This document shows, in pieces, positions 1-8,789 of a stretch of DNA of 32,000 nucleotides. The stretch lies in contig JBAZRV010000008.1 in NCBI GenBank assembly GCA_041662745.1, positions 954 through 32,953 of the forward strand. Direction: 5' to 3'. Made by a program: the position numbers and the translations under genes. How positions within the stretch are numbered: position 1 is the stretch's first letter; each line of letters starts with the position of its first letter. The notes below the pieces were generated by a model. The model searched no databases and had not been told where the DNA came from. It saw only the letters and a program-made list of their open reading frames with translations. This DNA is from Patescibacteria group bacterium (GTDB lineage: Bacteria > Patescibacteriota > Patescibacteriia > 2-01-FULL-39-33).

Positions 1-897
1 TTTTTTGGATTCGCCGGGAAAACCGACGATGATATCGGTGGAAATAGCGATATCGGGTCTGGCGCGCCTGAAACGATTAACCAAAGCCAAAAATTTCTTG
101 GCCGTATATCTGCGATTCATGGCTTTCAGAATCACATCGTCGCCTGACTGCAAAGCCAAATGCAAATGTGGCGCGATATGCCGGCCATTGGCCATAACCC
201 TTATCAATTCAGCAGACAGGTCTTTAGGGTGCGAAGTCATAAACCTTAACCGGTAATTTCCGGGCAACTTGTCAATCTTGCTTAATAACTGCGAAAAATC
301 AATTTCGCCGCATAAATAAGAATTAACATTCTGTCCCAACAGAATAATTTCCTTATAACCCCGCTTAATCAAGCTCCGACATTCTTTGATGATGCTGTCA
401 GCCGGCCGATGTTTCTCCCGGCCTCGCGTATGAGGCACGGCGCAATAAGAACAAAAATTATTACAGCCGTTACTAATCGGCACCAGGGCGGAAAATTCCG
501 ATGAAGGCTGGGCCGGCAAACACAGGTAATCTTCCGCCTTAAACGCTTCGCCGCCGCCCAAAATTTCCGGCAAGCGCCAAATTTCCGTAATCGGCATGAT
601 ACTGTCGAAAAATTTCGACAGTTTTTTCCGATCCCTATCCAGAACGCAACCGGTCAAAATAGTCGTCAGCCGACCGGCCTGACGGCGTTTTTGCCACAAT
701 TGCGCCTTGCCCATAACCCGGTCCACGGCCGCTTGCCTGACCGAACAAGCCACGACGACAATCAAGTCGGCCGCACCCTCAGCCTCGCTCGCTCGCCAGC
801 CCGAATCATTAAGCAAACGGCTGATGCGTTCGGCATCAGCCTGGTTCATTTGGCAACCCAAGACAAGAAGATAGTATTTTTTAGCGGATTTTTTCAT
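1..897 (-). CDS. miaB: tRNA methylthiotransferase MiaB, first ~299 codons (3' end runs off the left edge)
   Basis: Absent from the ORF track because there is no stop in the window. Reverse-strand translation from the ATG at 897-895 gives MKKSAKKYYLLVLGCQMNQADAERI (MiaB-type GCQMN N-domain). It gives PISNGCNNFCSYC at about 442-480 (radical-SAM CxxxCxxC). The frame stays open to position 1. Confidence 0.85.
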   Translation of the reverse strand, partial: MKKSAKKYYLLVLGCQMNQADAERISRLLNDSGWRASEAEGAADLIVVVACSVRQAAVDRVMGKAQLWQKRRQAGRLTTILTGCVLDRDRKKLSKFFDSIMPITEIWRLPEILGGGEAFKAEDYLCLPAQPSSEFSALVPISNGCNNFCSYCAVPHTRGREKHRPADSIIKECRSLIKRGYKEIILLGQNVNSYLCGEIDFSQLLSKIDKLPGNYRLRFMTSHPKDLSAELIRVMANGRHIAPHLHLALQSGDDVILKAMNRRYTAKKFLALVNRFRRARPDIAISTDIIVGFPGESKK

Positions 898-904
898 GCA
901 ATTC

Positions 905-933
905 ATTATACAAAAAACACGAAAACAAATCAA
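905..933 (-). promoter_or_regulatory. Candidate sigma70-type promoter for miaB (TTGATT-17 nt-TATAAT)
   Basis: On the minus strand, TTGATT sits at 933-928 and TATAAT at 910-905 with a 17-nt spacer. Only 7 nt separate the -10 box from the miaB ATG. Motif match only. Confidence 0.4.
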
Positions 934-969
934 TGCTTCCGTGCCTCGGCCGATTATCCGATCGGACCG

Positions 970-1104
970 TTAGCTGGTCGCCACCCAAGCCAAGAGAGCG
1001 GAAATAGCCGCCGAACCCAAAAGCATCCAGGCGGTCATAGCGACAACCTTTTTGACAATTGAAGTCTTGACGGCGGTAATAGTTGACGGCTGTTTATAGT
1101 TCAT
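970..1104 (-). CDS. Possible 44-aa single-pass membrane peptide
   Basis: My translation is MNYKQPSTITAVKTSIVKKVVAMTAWMLLGSAAISALLAWVATS*. It has ATG/TAA, one hydrophobic helix, and starts 11 nt after the stop of the upstream gene. It falls below the track length cutoff and has no visible SD. Confidence 0.3.
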   Translation of the reverse strand: MNYKQPSTITAVKTSIVKKVVAMTAWMLLGSAAISALLAWVATS

Positions 1105-1115
1105 AACCGCTATGA

Positions 1116-2213
1116 TTATTTAATGACGATTTTAATGCGTCCGGCATCATCGGGGGTAATATCACGCCAAGACGGAGAAATATCCACTTTGATATCCTTA
1201 ATTACTCCCGTCTTCTGGGCATAATCCATAATCTCATCGGCGGTACGGCCGGTAAAATTTGATTTTTCCAATATGGGGCTGTCGGCGGTTAAATATCCTT
1301 GCAAAGGGTAGTTGATTTTAACCGCTATGTTTTCCGAATTATTGGCATCCAAAACAGTAATTTGTATCAATCGCTGATCAATGTCTTCCACGCTTAAATC
1401 ATTAAAGTTAATTTTCTGAGCCTTGTCTTTTATCAACTCGGCTAAAGCGCCGGTATCCGCGCTGATAGTCTTAAGGCGCACTGTTCCGGTCATGGTGAAA
1501 AAACTCGCCTCGTCGCCCAACTTTTTATCAATCTTATAGCTGACCAATTCGCCCAAAACGATTCCGGCGGTAGTAGAGGCCTGGGCTTCGGCTACGGCTT
1601 GAGCCACGAGTTCCTTTTTGGCGCGATTAATATCGGTTTCGCCGATTACCTTAACGGCACCGGCAGCATTCTGTTGCAACGGACTGATAATCTGCCCAAA
1701 AATCTTGCTTTGCAGAACCGTTGCTAATTTAATTATGGTCAAATTCCCGCTGGTAATCGGCTGGAAAGCAGCCGGATCCTTGGGGAAGACGTTAACCGTT
1801 ACGCTGCCGCCGGCCGGTATGTTGACACCTTCATCAGTCCTGACGATAACCCCATTCTCTCCCTGCAATTGGGTGGTTCTGACCAACTGTTGGCTCTTGC
1901 TGTATTGATTGACTATTTTTACTTGGCCGACTATGTTTGAAGCTTGGGATTTGGTGGATGAAGCCTCAAACATTTTTTCTACGGTTTTATTAGTAATACT
2001 GAGAGTGCCGCCCACCGCTCCTTGCTTGGCGATTTCCGCCGGCGTAGAACTGGTTTTTATTTCCGTATTGAAACTTAAATTAACCACTTGCACCTCGGGC
2101 GTAATCACGATAGTCGCTTGAGAATAAAACAACAAAAACACGGCCGAGATGACAACCGCGGCGCAAATAATGAAAACAATGGCAATATTGCGATAGAGCG
2201 TTATTCTGCCCAT
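1116..2213 (-). CDS. Membrane-anchored hypothetical protein (N-terminal TM helix, large extracytoplasmic beta-rich domain)
   Basis: 365-aa ORF with an ATG start. The N-terminal IAIVFIICAAVVISAVFLLF helix is followed by a T/V/Q/N-rich domain. The start lies 4 nt after the stop of the Clp-like gene. I recognise no motif. Confidence 0.7.
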   Translation of the reverse strand: MGRITLYRNIAIVFIICAAVVISAVFLLFYSQATIVITPEVQVVNLSFNTEIKTSSTPAEIAKQGAVGGTLSITNKTVEKMFEASSTKSQASNIVGQVKIVNQYSKSQQLVRTTQLQGENGVIVRTDEGVNIPAGGSVTVNVFPKDPAAFQPITSGNLTIIKLATVLQSKIFGQIISPLQQNAAGAVKVIGETDINRAKKELVAQAVAEAQASTTAGIVLGELVSYKIDKKLGDEASFFTMTGTVRLKTISADTGALAELIKDKAQKINFNDLSVEDIDQRLIQITVLDANNSENIAVKINYPLQGYLTADSPILEKSNFTGRTADEIMDYAQKTGVIKDIKVDISPSWRDITPDDAGRIKIVIK

Positions 2214-2217
2214 AAGC

Positions 2218-3147
2218 TTAATTGTTTACCAGCCACTCTCTAACCACCTTCCGGATGTCTTGATCGGTAACCCGCAACGGCTTCTTGCCGGCGGCGGCTA
2301 AATTCTCTATGTGAACCCGGCTGCAAGCCTCGTCAATGGCGTCAATGGCCTTATCCGGATAAGAACGCCCCTTGATGGCCTTAGTGGCCGTAACGGCCGT
2401 TTTAATGGCTGAGGGAGTGATAATAACTTTGTGGTACTTCTCGTAAATAGCCTTGATGCCTTGCAGTATCTGTTCGGTTTGAGCCGCTGTCGGTTCGGAG
2501 ACAAACACCGGCTGTAAACGGCGATCCAAAGTCTTGTCCTGCTTGATGAATTTCAAGTATTCGTCTTTGGTGGTGGCGCCTACGACTTGCAATTCGCCAC
2601 GCGCCAAAAGAGGCTTCAAGATATCGGCGGCGTTAATGGCTCCTTCAGCCACTCCGGCTTCGGCCAAAATATGTATCTCATCAATAAATAAAATAATAAC
2701 GCGTTTGGCGGCAATAATCTCATCGGTTATCTTCTTTAATCGCTGTTCAAACTCGCCACGATACTTGGTGCCGGCCAAAATACCGGTCAAATCCAAGGCC
2801 AGAACTTTCTTGCCGTACAGGGAGTTGGGCACTTGTTTGGCAACAATGCGCAAAGCCAAACCCTCCGCCACCGCAGTTTTGCCGACACCGGCAGCGCCGA
2901 CCAAGACGGGATTATTCTTAGTGCGACGGGACAAAATCTCCACCACCCGAGAAATCTCATGATCGCGCCCGATAACCGGATCAAGCTTTTTTTCTACGGC
3001 CAAACGAGTCAGATCTCTGGAATATTTGGCTAAAATAGAACCGGAATTAATGCCGACGCTGCCTCCGCCCCAACCTGATTGGCGATAAAGATAATATAAA
3101 ACGGGGGCCAGAATCAAAACTCCGACAAGCAAAAGAATCTGATCCAT
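2218..3147 (-). CDS. Membrane-tethered AAA+ ATPase, ClpA/B/C D1-module only
   Basis: The N-terminal TM helix (ILLLVGVLILAPVLYYLY) is followed by LDPVIGRDHEISRVVEILSRRTKNNPVLVGAAGVGKTA (Clp D1 signature plus Walker A). Also present are KYRGEFEQRLK, ILFIDEIH (Walker B), LKPLLARGELQVVGATT and YPDKAIDAIDEA. The protein ends after the D1 small domain. Confidence 0.85.
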   Translation of the reverse strand: MDQILLLVGVLILAPVLYYLYRQSGWGGGSVGINSGSILAKYSRDLTRLAVEKKLDPVIGRDHEISRVVEILSRRTKNNPVLVGAAGVGKTAVAEGLALRIVAKQVPNSLYGKKVLALDLTGILAGTKYRGEFEQRLKKITDEIIAAKRVIILFIDEIHILAEAGVAEGAINAADILKPLLARGELQVVGATTKDEYLKFIKQDKTLDRRLQPVFVSEPTAAQTEQILQGIKAIYEKYHKVIITPSAIKTAVTATKAIKGRSYPDKAIDAIDEACSRVHIENLAAAGKKPLRVTDQDIRKVVREWLVNN

Positions 3148-3192
3148 AAAAATTCATTAATTTTAAGACCGCTGACTTATGGTACTGCTTAA

Positions 3193-3222
3193 ATTATAGC
3201 ATAATTGCGGCCTAAGCCACAA
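3193..3222 (-). promoter_or_regulatory. Candidate promoter for the Clp-like gene (TTGTGG-18 nt-TATAAT)
   Basis: On the minus strand, TTGTGG sits at 3222-3217 (inside the dnaE 3' end) and TATAAT at 3198-3193. Motif match only. Confidence 0.3.
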
Positions 3223-6200
3223 CCGTACCCGGCCCCAAAAGCTTTTCTGCGGCTTGCTTGAAAGATTCAGAATAATTAACCCGAAAATTAGTGCGGATCT
3301 TCTCTTTTCCGGCAGTATTGCTTATCATCAACTCAATGATATGATTGCCTGGGTAGGCGAAGATAAGCGCTTTAAGCTGTTTGGTTAAGTCATAATCCAA
3401 GGGCGGATTCAAATTGAAAGTAATAATCTTCTCAATTGTTTTCGGGGCCGAGACCGAAACAGCCGACTGCCGGCTGTTATCATAGCCATTGCCGTTACCC
3501 CACTGCCTCCGTCCGCGACTCGGCTGATCCCTAGAACTGACCAAAAAATTATCCAAAGTTTCCTTTAATCCCTCTTGATTCAATATCGCCGCTAAATCGC
3601 AAAGGATCTTACGCTCACCGTCCTTGTCGGAGACGGTGCCGCTGGCGATGATAATCGTATCCGGTTGCCATAAATGCGGGTTCTGTTCCAAAATTTTGGG
3701 AAAAACCAGAATCTCTATTTCGCCGGACGTATCTTCAACTTTGACAAACAGCATGGCATCGCCTTTTTTGGTATAAATTTTCTTGACGTTAGTAATCACT
3801 CCCGCCACCCTGACTTGAACGCCGTCAACACAGCCCCTTAAGGTGGCGCAAGCGGCGGCATAATTGGAAGTAACAGCCGCATAATCGCTCATAGGATGCT
3901 CGGAGATATACAAACCCAGCGATTCTTTTTCCCATAACAGCTTGGTTTTTTTATCTAACGGCGGAGCCGGTTCCAATTTTAACCGAGGCAAAGCCACTTG
4001 GGGCGACAAATCAAACAGTGAGTCCTGTTTCTCATCGGTGCTTCTGGTTGCTTCCTGAATAAATTTCAACAGTCGCTCCATGTTCTGCAATAATAGATTG
4101 CGTTCGCTTAAAGAATCAGACGCTCCGGCTTTGATTAAAGCCTCCAGTGACCGTTTGTTCAAGTCCTTGCTTTTGACGCGGGACAAGAAATCAACCAAAT
4201 CGGAATAGCGGCCGTTGGCTTTCCTCTCCGCGATTATTTCTTTGACAATATTTTCGCCCAAACCTTTCACCGCCATCAAGCCAAAACGCACGCGAGGCTT
4301 GGCCGTGGCTAAAGTTTGCGCCACCACGCCGAAATCGGCAAACGACTCGTTAATATCGGGAGGCAGAACTTCAATGCCCAATTGGCGGCATTCATCAACC
4401 TCAATGGCGATGCGGTCAAGATTCTGCTGATCGGAAGTCAATAGCGCCGCCATGAACTCGGCCGGATAATTGGCTTTCAGGTAGGCGGTCTGATAAGCGA
4501 TCAAGGCGTAGCAAGCGGCATGAGAACGATTGAAACCGTAAGCGGCAAAAGGCAAAATGAATTCCCAAATCTTCTCGGCCACGCGACGATCAATATTATT
4601 TTTGACCATGCCGTCCACCATTTTGATTTCCTGTTCATGCAATAATTCCTTAATCTTCTTGCCTACGGCCTTGCGCAACACATCGGCTTCGCCATAAGTG
4701 AAACCGGCCAAATCCCGGGCAATACGCAATAATTGTTCCTGATAGACGGCCACGCCGTAAGTGCCTTTAAGAATCGGCTCCAGCTTTGGATGCAGATATT
4801 GAGGCTTCTTACGGCCATGCTTGCCGTTAATGTAATCAGGAATATATTCCATCGGTCCGGGACGATACAGCGCCACCATGGCGATCAAATCTTCCAGATC
4901 TGTCGGGGCCAGTTGCTTTAAGTAACGTTTCATGCCGGCGCTTTCAAACTGAAATACGCCGGTGGTTTTGCCTTCCTGAAAGAGCTTATAGCTTTTCTTG
5001 TCGTCTAAGGGAATACTATCAACATCTATGTCAATGTTATGAATTTTTTTAATGATGCGCAGCGCCTGTTCAATGATAGTCAAATTGGACAGGCCCAAAA
5101 AGTCCATTTTTAACAGCCCCAAATCTTCCACTGAGTGGCCTTCGTACTGGACAACGATTGATTCGCCCGAGCCGTATTGGCGCGGCGCATAATAGTCCAG
5201 CGATTCCGGCGTAATCACTACGCCGCAGGCATGGGTGGAGGCATGACGGCAGACGCCTTCCAACCGTTTGGCCGTGGCAATCAGCTTGGCGCCGTCGCTG
5301 TCATTTAAAATATCCTTCATCTCGGGCACCGCTTCGCAGGCCTCAGTCAAATTCATACCCATGGGTATCAGCTTGGCTACGCGATCGCAATAATTATAAG
5401 GCAGGCTCATTACCCGGCCCACATCGCGAATGGCGTTTCTGGCGGCCATAGTGCCAAAAGTGATAATCTGCGCCACATGATCGCGTCCGTACTTGTCGGC
5501 CACATAGCTTAATACTTCATCACGCCGGCTGTCAGCGAAATCAGTATCAATATCAGGCATGGAAATACGTTCGGGATTTAAGAAACGCTCAAACACCAAA
5601 TCATACTTAACCGGATCAATATTAGTGATCTGCGTCAAATAAGACACCAGGGAACCGGCGGCGGAACCGCGGCCCGGACCGACGACGATATTGCCATCTT
5701 TAGCCCAATTGATAAAATCGGAGACAATCAAAAAGTATCCGGCATAACCGGTTTTAGCGATAACCGAAAGCTCGTAGGACAAACGCTCCCTGATCTCCGG
5801 CGTAATCTGTTCCGGTTTAAATCTCTCCCGTAACCCCTGCTCGCATAATTCCCGCAAATAATCATCGGCGGTCTGGCCTTCGGGCAAAGGGAAATTGGGC
5901 AAGATATTATCGCCCAACTGCAATTCCAAATTGCACATCTCCGCCACCTTCAGCGTATTGGCTATGACTTCAGGATGATCGGCGAAATCAGCGATCATTC
6001 GTTCCTGTGATTTGAACGACAAATCAAAACCGATGTAACTCATGCGATCCTGGTCGCTCAAAGTTTTTTTGGTCTGAATGCAAAGGAGGGCATCCTGGGC
6101 ATACTCGTCTTCCTGTCGCGGATAATGGACATCATTAGTCGCTACCACGGCCGCACCGGTTTCTTCGGCCAAACGGTAGATTTGTTCATTTAGTTTATTC

Positions 6201-6751
6201 TGCTTGTCAAAATTAGGATGGTACTGCGCTTCCAAGAAAAAATTTTCCCGACCCAGCAAATCCTGATAGCGAGCGATCATCTCGCGCGCGCTTTTTAAAT
6301 CATTGTTTAGAATATAACCCGGCAACTCTCCGGCAACGCAAGCGGTCAAGGCTATTAATCCTTCGTGATGTTCCTGCAACAACTCCCAATCAATGCGCGG
6401 CTTATAATAAAATCCCTGCAGATGGGCAATGGTCGTTAGTTTGACTAAATTATGATAACCAATCTTGTCTTTGGCTAACAAAATCAAATGCCAGGGCCGC
6501 TCGTCAATTTTGGGACGTTTATTCAAATGGCCGTTCCTGGCCACATAAGCCTCCACGCCGATAATCGGTTTTATCCCCGCCTTCTTGGCTTTTTTATAAA
6601 ACTCTATCGCTCCGTACATTACGCCATGATCGGTCAAGGCCATGGCCGGCATCTCGTATTGCTTGGCGATTTTTATCAACTCATCAATCTGCCCCAAGCC
6701 GTCAAGCAAAGAGTAATGGGAGTGGACGTGGAGATGGACAAATTGAGACAT
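3212..6751 (-). CDS. dnaE: DNA polymerase III alpha subunit
   Basis: PHP domain start MSQFVHLHVHSHYSLLDG, followed by MPDIDTDF, the polymerase core, and a C-terminal OB-fold region. The track ORF begins at a TTG at 6796. The ATG at 6751 coincides with the conserved N-terminus, so I prefer it. Confidence 0.95.
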   Translation of the reverse strand: MSQFVHLHVHSHYSLLDGLGQIDELIKIAKQYEMPAMALTDHGVMYGAIEFYKKAKKAGIKPIIGVEAYVARNGHLNKRPKIDERPWHLILLAKDKIGYHNLVKLTTIAHLQGFYYKPRIDWELLQEHHEGLIALTACVAGELPGYILNNDLKSAREMIARYQDLLGRENFFLEAQYHPNFDKQNKLNEQIYRLAEETGAAVVATNDVHYPRQEDEYAQDALLCIQTKKTLSDQDRMSYIGFDLSFKSQERMIADFADHPEVIANTLKVAEMCNLELQLGDNILPNFPLPEGQTADDYLRELCEQGLRERFKPEQITPEIRERLSYELSVIAKTGYAGYFLIVSDFINWAKDGNIVVGPGRGSAAGSLVSYLTQITNIDPVKYDLVFERFLNPERISMPDIDTDFADSRRDEVLSYVADKYGRDHVAQIITFGTMAARNAIRDVGRVMSLPYNYCDRVAKLIPMGMNLTEACEAVPEMKDILNDSDGAKLIATAKRLEGVCRHASTHACGVVITPESLDYYAPRQYGSGESIVVQYEGHSVEDLGLLKMDFLGLSNLTIIEQALRIIKKIHNIDIDVDSIPLDDKKSYKLFQEGKTTGVFQFESAGMKRYLKQLAPTDLEDLIAMVALYRPGPMEYIPDYINGKHGRKKPQYLHPKLEPILKGTYGVAVYQEQLLRIARDLAGFTYGEADVLRKAVGKKIKELLHEQEIKMVDGMVKNNIDRRVAEKIWEFILPFAAYGFNRSHAACYALIAYQTAYLKANYPAEFMAALLTSDQQNLDRIAIEVDECRQLGIEVLPPDINESFADFGVVAQTLATAKPRVRFGLMAVKGLGENIVKEIIAERKANGRYSDLVDFLSRVKSKDLNKRSLEALIKAGASDSLSERNLLLQNMERLLKFIQEATRSTDEKQDSLFDLSPQVALPRLKLEPAPPLDKKTKLLWEKESLGLYISEHPMSDYAAVTSNYAAACATLRGCVDGVQVRVAGVITNVKKIYTKKGDAMLFVKVEDTSGEIEILVFPKILEQNPHLWQPDTIIIASGTVSDKDGERKILCDLAAILNQEGLKETLDNFLVSSRDQPSRGRRQWGNGNGYDNSRQSAVSVSAPKTIEKIITFNLNPPLDYDLTKQLKALIFAYPGNHIIELMISNTAGKEKIRTNFRVNYSESFKQAAEKLLGPGTVVA

Positions 6752-6815
6752 GATTAATGGCTTAAATGTTTTTATAATAAGGGGAAAAATAACCAAAAAT
6801 AACCGATTAAAGACA

Positions 6816-6841
6816 AAAACTCCCCGATCAGAGAGAGTTTT
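6816..6841 (-). terminator. Hairpin plus U-rich tract between the HtrA-like gene and dnaE (weak intrinsic terminator or leader structure)
   Basis: The minus-strand RNA is AAAACUCUC-UCUGAUCG-GGGAGUUUU. This is a 9-bp stem including one G-U pair, followed by UGUCUUU. Confidence 0.35.
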
Positions 6842-6873
6842 GTTTAATTAGAAAAAACCTTATCTCAAGTTTT

Positions 6874-6901
6874 ATTATACAAAAAAACAGCGTTTAAACA
6901 A
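6874..6901 (-). promoter_or_regulatory. Candidate promoter (TTGTTT-16 nt-TATAAT) upstream of the hairpin and dnaE
   Basis: On the minus strand, TTGTTT sits at 6901-6896 and TATAAT at 6879-6874. Motif match only. Confidence 0.35.
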
Positions 6902-6914
6902 AATTAACAGCCGC

Positions 6915-7997
6915 CTATTTTAGAACGGCCGCAACTGTCAGATCTTGGCCGCCGCGGGACAAAACAATCTCTATCTTATCGCCCATCTTAAAATTATTAA
7001 TCGCATCGGCTAAACCCTGATAAACATTAAGTTCAAAATCGTTTATTTTTTTAATAATATCGCCCTTCTTAACTAAGCCGAAGGCCGCACTCCCGCGTAC
7101 CGGCTCGGCAATGACATAAGCGCCTTTATCACCCCAATCAGCCAAACCGTCAGCCTGAGCCAAATCAATGTAATCCACTCCCAGGGCCGCTCGAACAATT
7201 TTCTTGTTATTCAATAATCCGGCAATCAACTGGGAAAAATAATCAACGGGAATGGCTGAGCCATTATCAATTACGCCGATTACCTCTCCCTTAAAATTAA
7301 CCAGCAGACCGCCGTTATAGCTATCGGCTAAAACCCGATCCAGATAAATTCTTTTTTGCGGATAATCCGAGTTAAGCTTCAAATCGCTGGCGGTGGAAAA
7401 AATATAGCCGATCTTGGTTATATGATTCACTTCCAAGCGGTTATGTCCGGAAACAATCACGACCGTCTGGCCCAGTGATAAACTGCTGGATTTGCCGATT
7501 TTAGCAACTGGCAAATTATTAGCCGGCATTTTGCCAAAAACCATCCCAGTAGCCTGATCATCAATAAAGTCAGACAGCGCATATTGCTTATTCTGATAAC
7601 CCACAGCCGCATAAGTCCCCTTGAGGTTGCCAATAACGGCGCGAGAACTGACTACCCAACCGTCGGCAGTCAAAACAAAACCGTGACCCAAAGCTTCGCT
7701 GGCGGTGAAAGCGGCGCTCAGGGGCTCGGTTGATTTTTTGCTATGGTAAATATTGACGATAGCGGGCAAGAGGTCGTTTTCTATCTGTTTCATTTGCGTA
7801 TCCTGCTCAATCACCACGCTGCGCGGTTGCTGAATGACGATTCTATCAGTTAAGGCCGCCGAAGAAAAATTCAGTTGATTAAGAATCGGGATTTGCAACG
7901 AGGAGGAGCTGATAATGACAAAACCCAAGAAACCGGACAACAAGCCGAAACAGATTGATAAAATGATGACCAAAAATGTCTGTGATGGTTTAAACAT
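6915..7997 (-). CDS. HtrA/DegP-like trypsin-fold plus PDZ protein, membrane-anchored, catalytic triad apparently lost
   Basis: N-terminal TM helix. ALGHGFVLTADGWVV matches the HtrA GSGF..DG.vvTN block. The C-terminal PDZ-like segment is GAYVIAEPVRGSAAFGLVKKGDIIKKIND. At the triad positions I read SSRAV instead of TNNHV, ATGMV instead of SDIAL, and SYNGG instead of GNSGG. Confidence 0.8.
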   Translation of the reverse strand: MFKPSQTFLVIILSICFGLLSGFLGFVIISSSSLQIPILNQLNFSSAALTDRIVIQQPRSVVIEQDTQMKQIENDLLPAIVNIYHSKKSTEPLSAAFTASEALGHGFVLTADGWVVSSRAVIGNLKGTYAAVGYQNKQYALSDFIDDQATGMVFGKMPANNLPVAKIGKSSSLSLGQTVVIVSGHNRLEVNHITKIGYIFSTASDLKLNSDYPQKRIYLDRVLADSYNGGLLVNFKGEVIGVIDNGSAIPVDYFSQLIAGLLNNKKIVRAALGVDYIDLAQADGLADWGDKGAYVIAEPVRGSAAFGLVKKGDIIKKINDFELNVYQGLADAINNFKMGDKIEIVLSRGGQDLTVAAVLK

Positions 7998-8010
7998 AAA
8001 AAATATTATT

Positions 8011-8784
8011 TTAAAGCCAGATAGCGGTGATAAGAGTTAAAACGACCACCAAGGAGAAAATAAAGATTGCCCTTAAACCAGAGCCGCCTTTATTGCCTTT
8101 TGTTAAGCGGGCTGGGGATGATAAAGACAGAGACAGCATTAAATAATAGGTGGCGGACAACAAGATGGCTAACACATAAAAACTAACCGGCCAAAACAAC
8201 AACAAAAACAGCAATTCCGTTAATACTATAGCCTGTATTAAAGCATAAATCAAGGCGTTACGCCGGCCGGATAAATATTTAAGGTAAAGCCAATAATAAA
8301 GGACAAAATAAACCAAGCTCAAAATCGGGACAATCACCACCGCCGGCCAATTCAAAAAAATAGAAAAATTAACCAGAGCGGCCGTCAAGAAAAAAATTAT
8401 CAGAATATCAAAGTATGAATGTAAATTATTCAAATTGGCCACGCTAACCTTGGCGGTTTCATAAAAATCATGGAACACCACCTCCAGATAAAGCCAGAAT
8501 AAAAAAGCCCAGGAGAGCAGGAACAGGTTAAGAACATAAAAACTTTCCAAAATCAATAAAAAAACAAAACCGGCAATAACGAAAATCAAACTGTAAAGAT
8601 AGGCAAAAGTAACCGATTTGGTCTTGTGGTTAGATTTAATTAAAAAAAAATAAATACTGGGAACTGCTAAGATGACAATAAAAAACCACGACCAATAACC
8701 GGGCCAATAAAAAAGCGCTTGGCAAAGAAGAAAAAAGGCTACCGCCGCCAGATAAGGAAAAATTCGTAAAAGAAGCAAGATCAT
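8011..8784 (-). CDS. Polytopic integral membrane protein (about 8 TM helices), unknown function
   Basis: 257-aa ORF with an ATG start. It is almost entirely hydrophobic and rich in F/L/Y/W. Confidence 0.65.
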   Translation of the reverse strand: MILLLLRIFPYLAAVAFFLLCQALFYWPGYWSWFFIVILAVPSIYFFLIKSNHKTKSVTFAYLYSLIFVIAGFVFLLILESFYVLNLFLLSWAFLFWLYLEVVFHDFYETAKVSVANLNNLHSYFDILIIFFLTAALVNFSIFLNWPAVVIVPILSLVYFVLYYWLYLKYLSGRRNALIYALIQAIVLTELLFLLLFWPVSFYVLAILLSATYYLMLSLSLSSPARLTKGNKGGSGLRAIFIFSLVVVLTLITAIWL

Positions 8785-8789
8785 AATCC

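Noticed and set aside
5-1062. Plus-strand track ORFs 5-256 (83 aa) and 691-1062 (123 aa)
   Set aside because: They are antisense to a reverse-strand frame that reads as an unmistakable MiaB (GCQMN, CNNFCSYC). Their translations are low-complexity and Arg/Ala/Pro-rich, as expected for shadow ORFs.
1116-2213. Assigning the 365-aa membrane-anchored protein to a phage baseplate-J-like family
   Set aside because: This rests only on a vague recollection of similar annotations. I cannot point to a diagnostic motif in the sequence, so it stays hypothetical.
6752-6796. TTG-extended N-termini from the track (dnaE 6796, kinase 19773, giant 29376, giant C-part 24617)
   Set aside because: In each case a downstream ATG coincides with the conserved family N-terminus or with the paralog alignment. 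The 24617 TTG is an internal Leu codon of the frameshifted gene.
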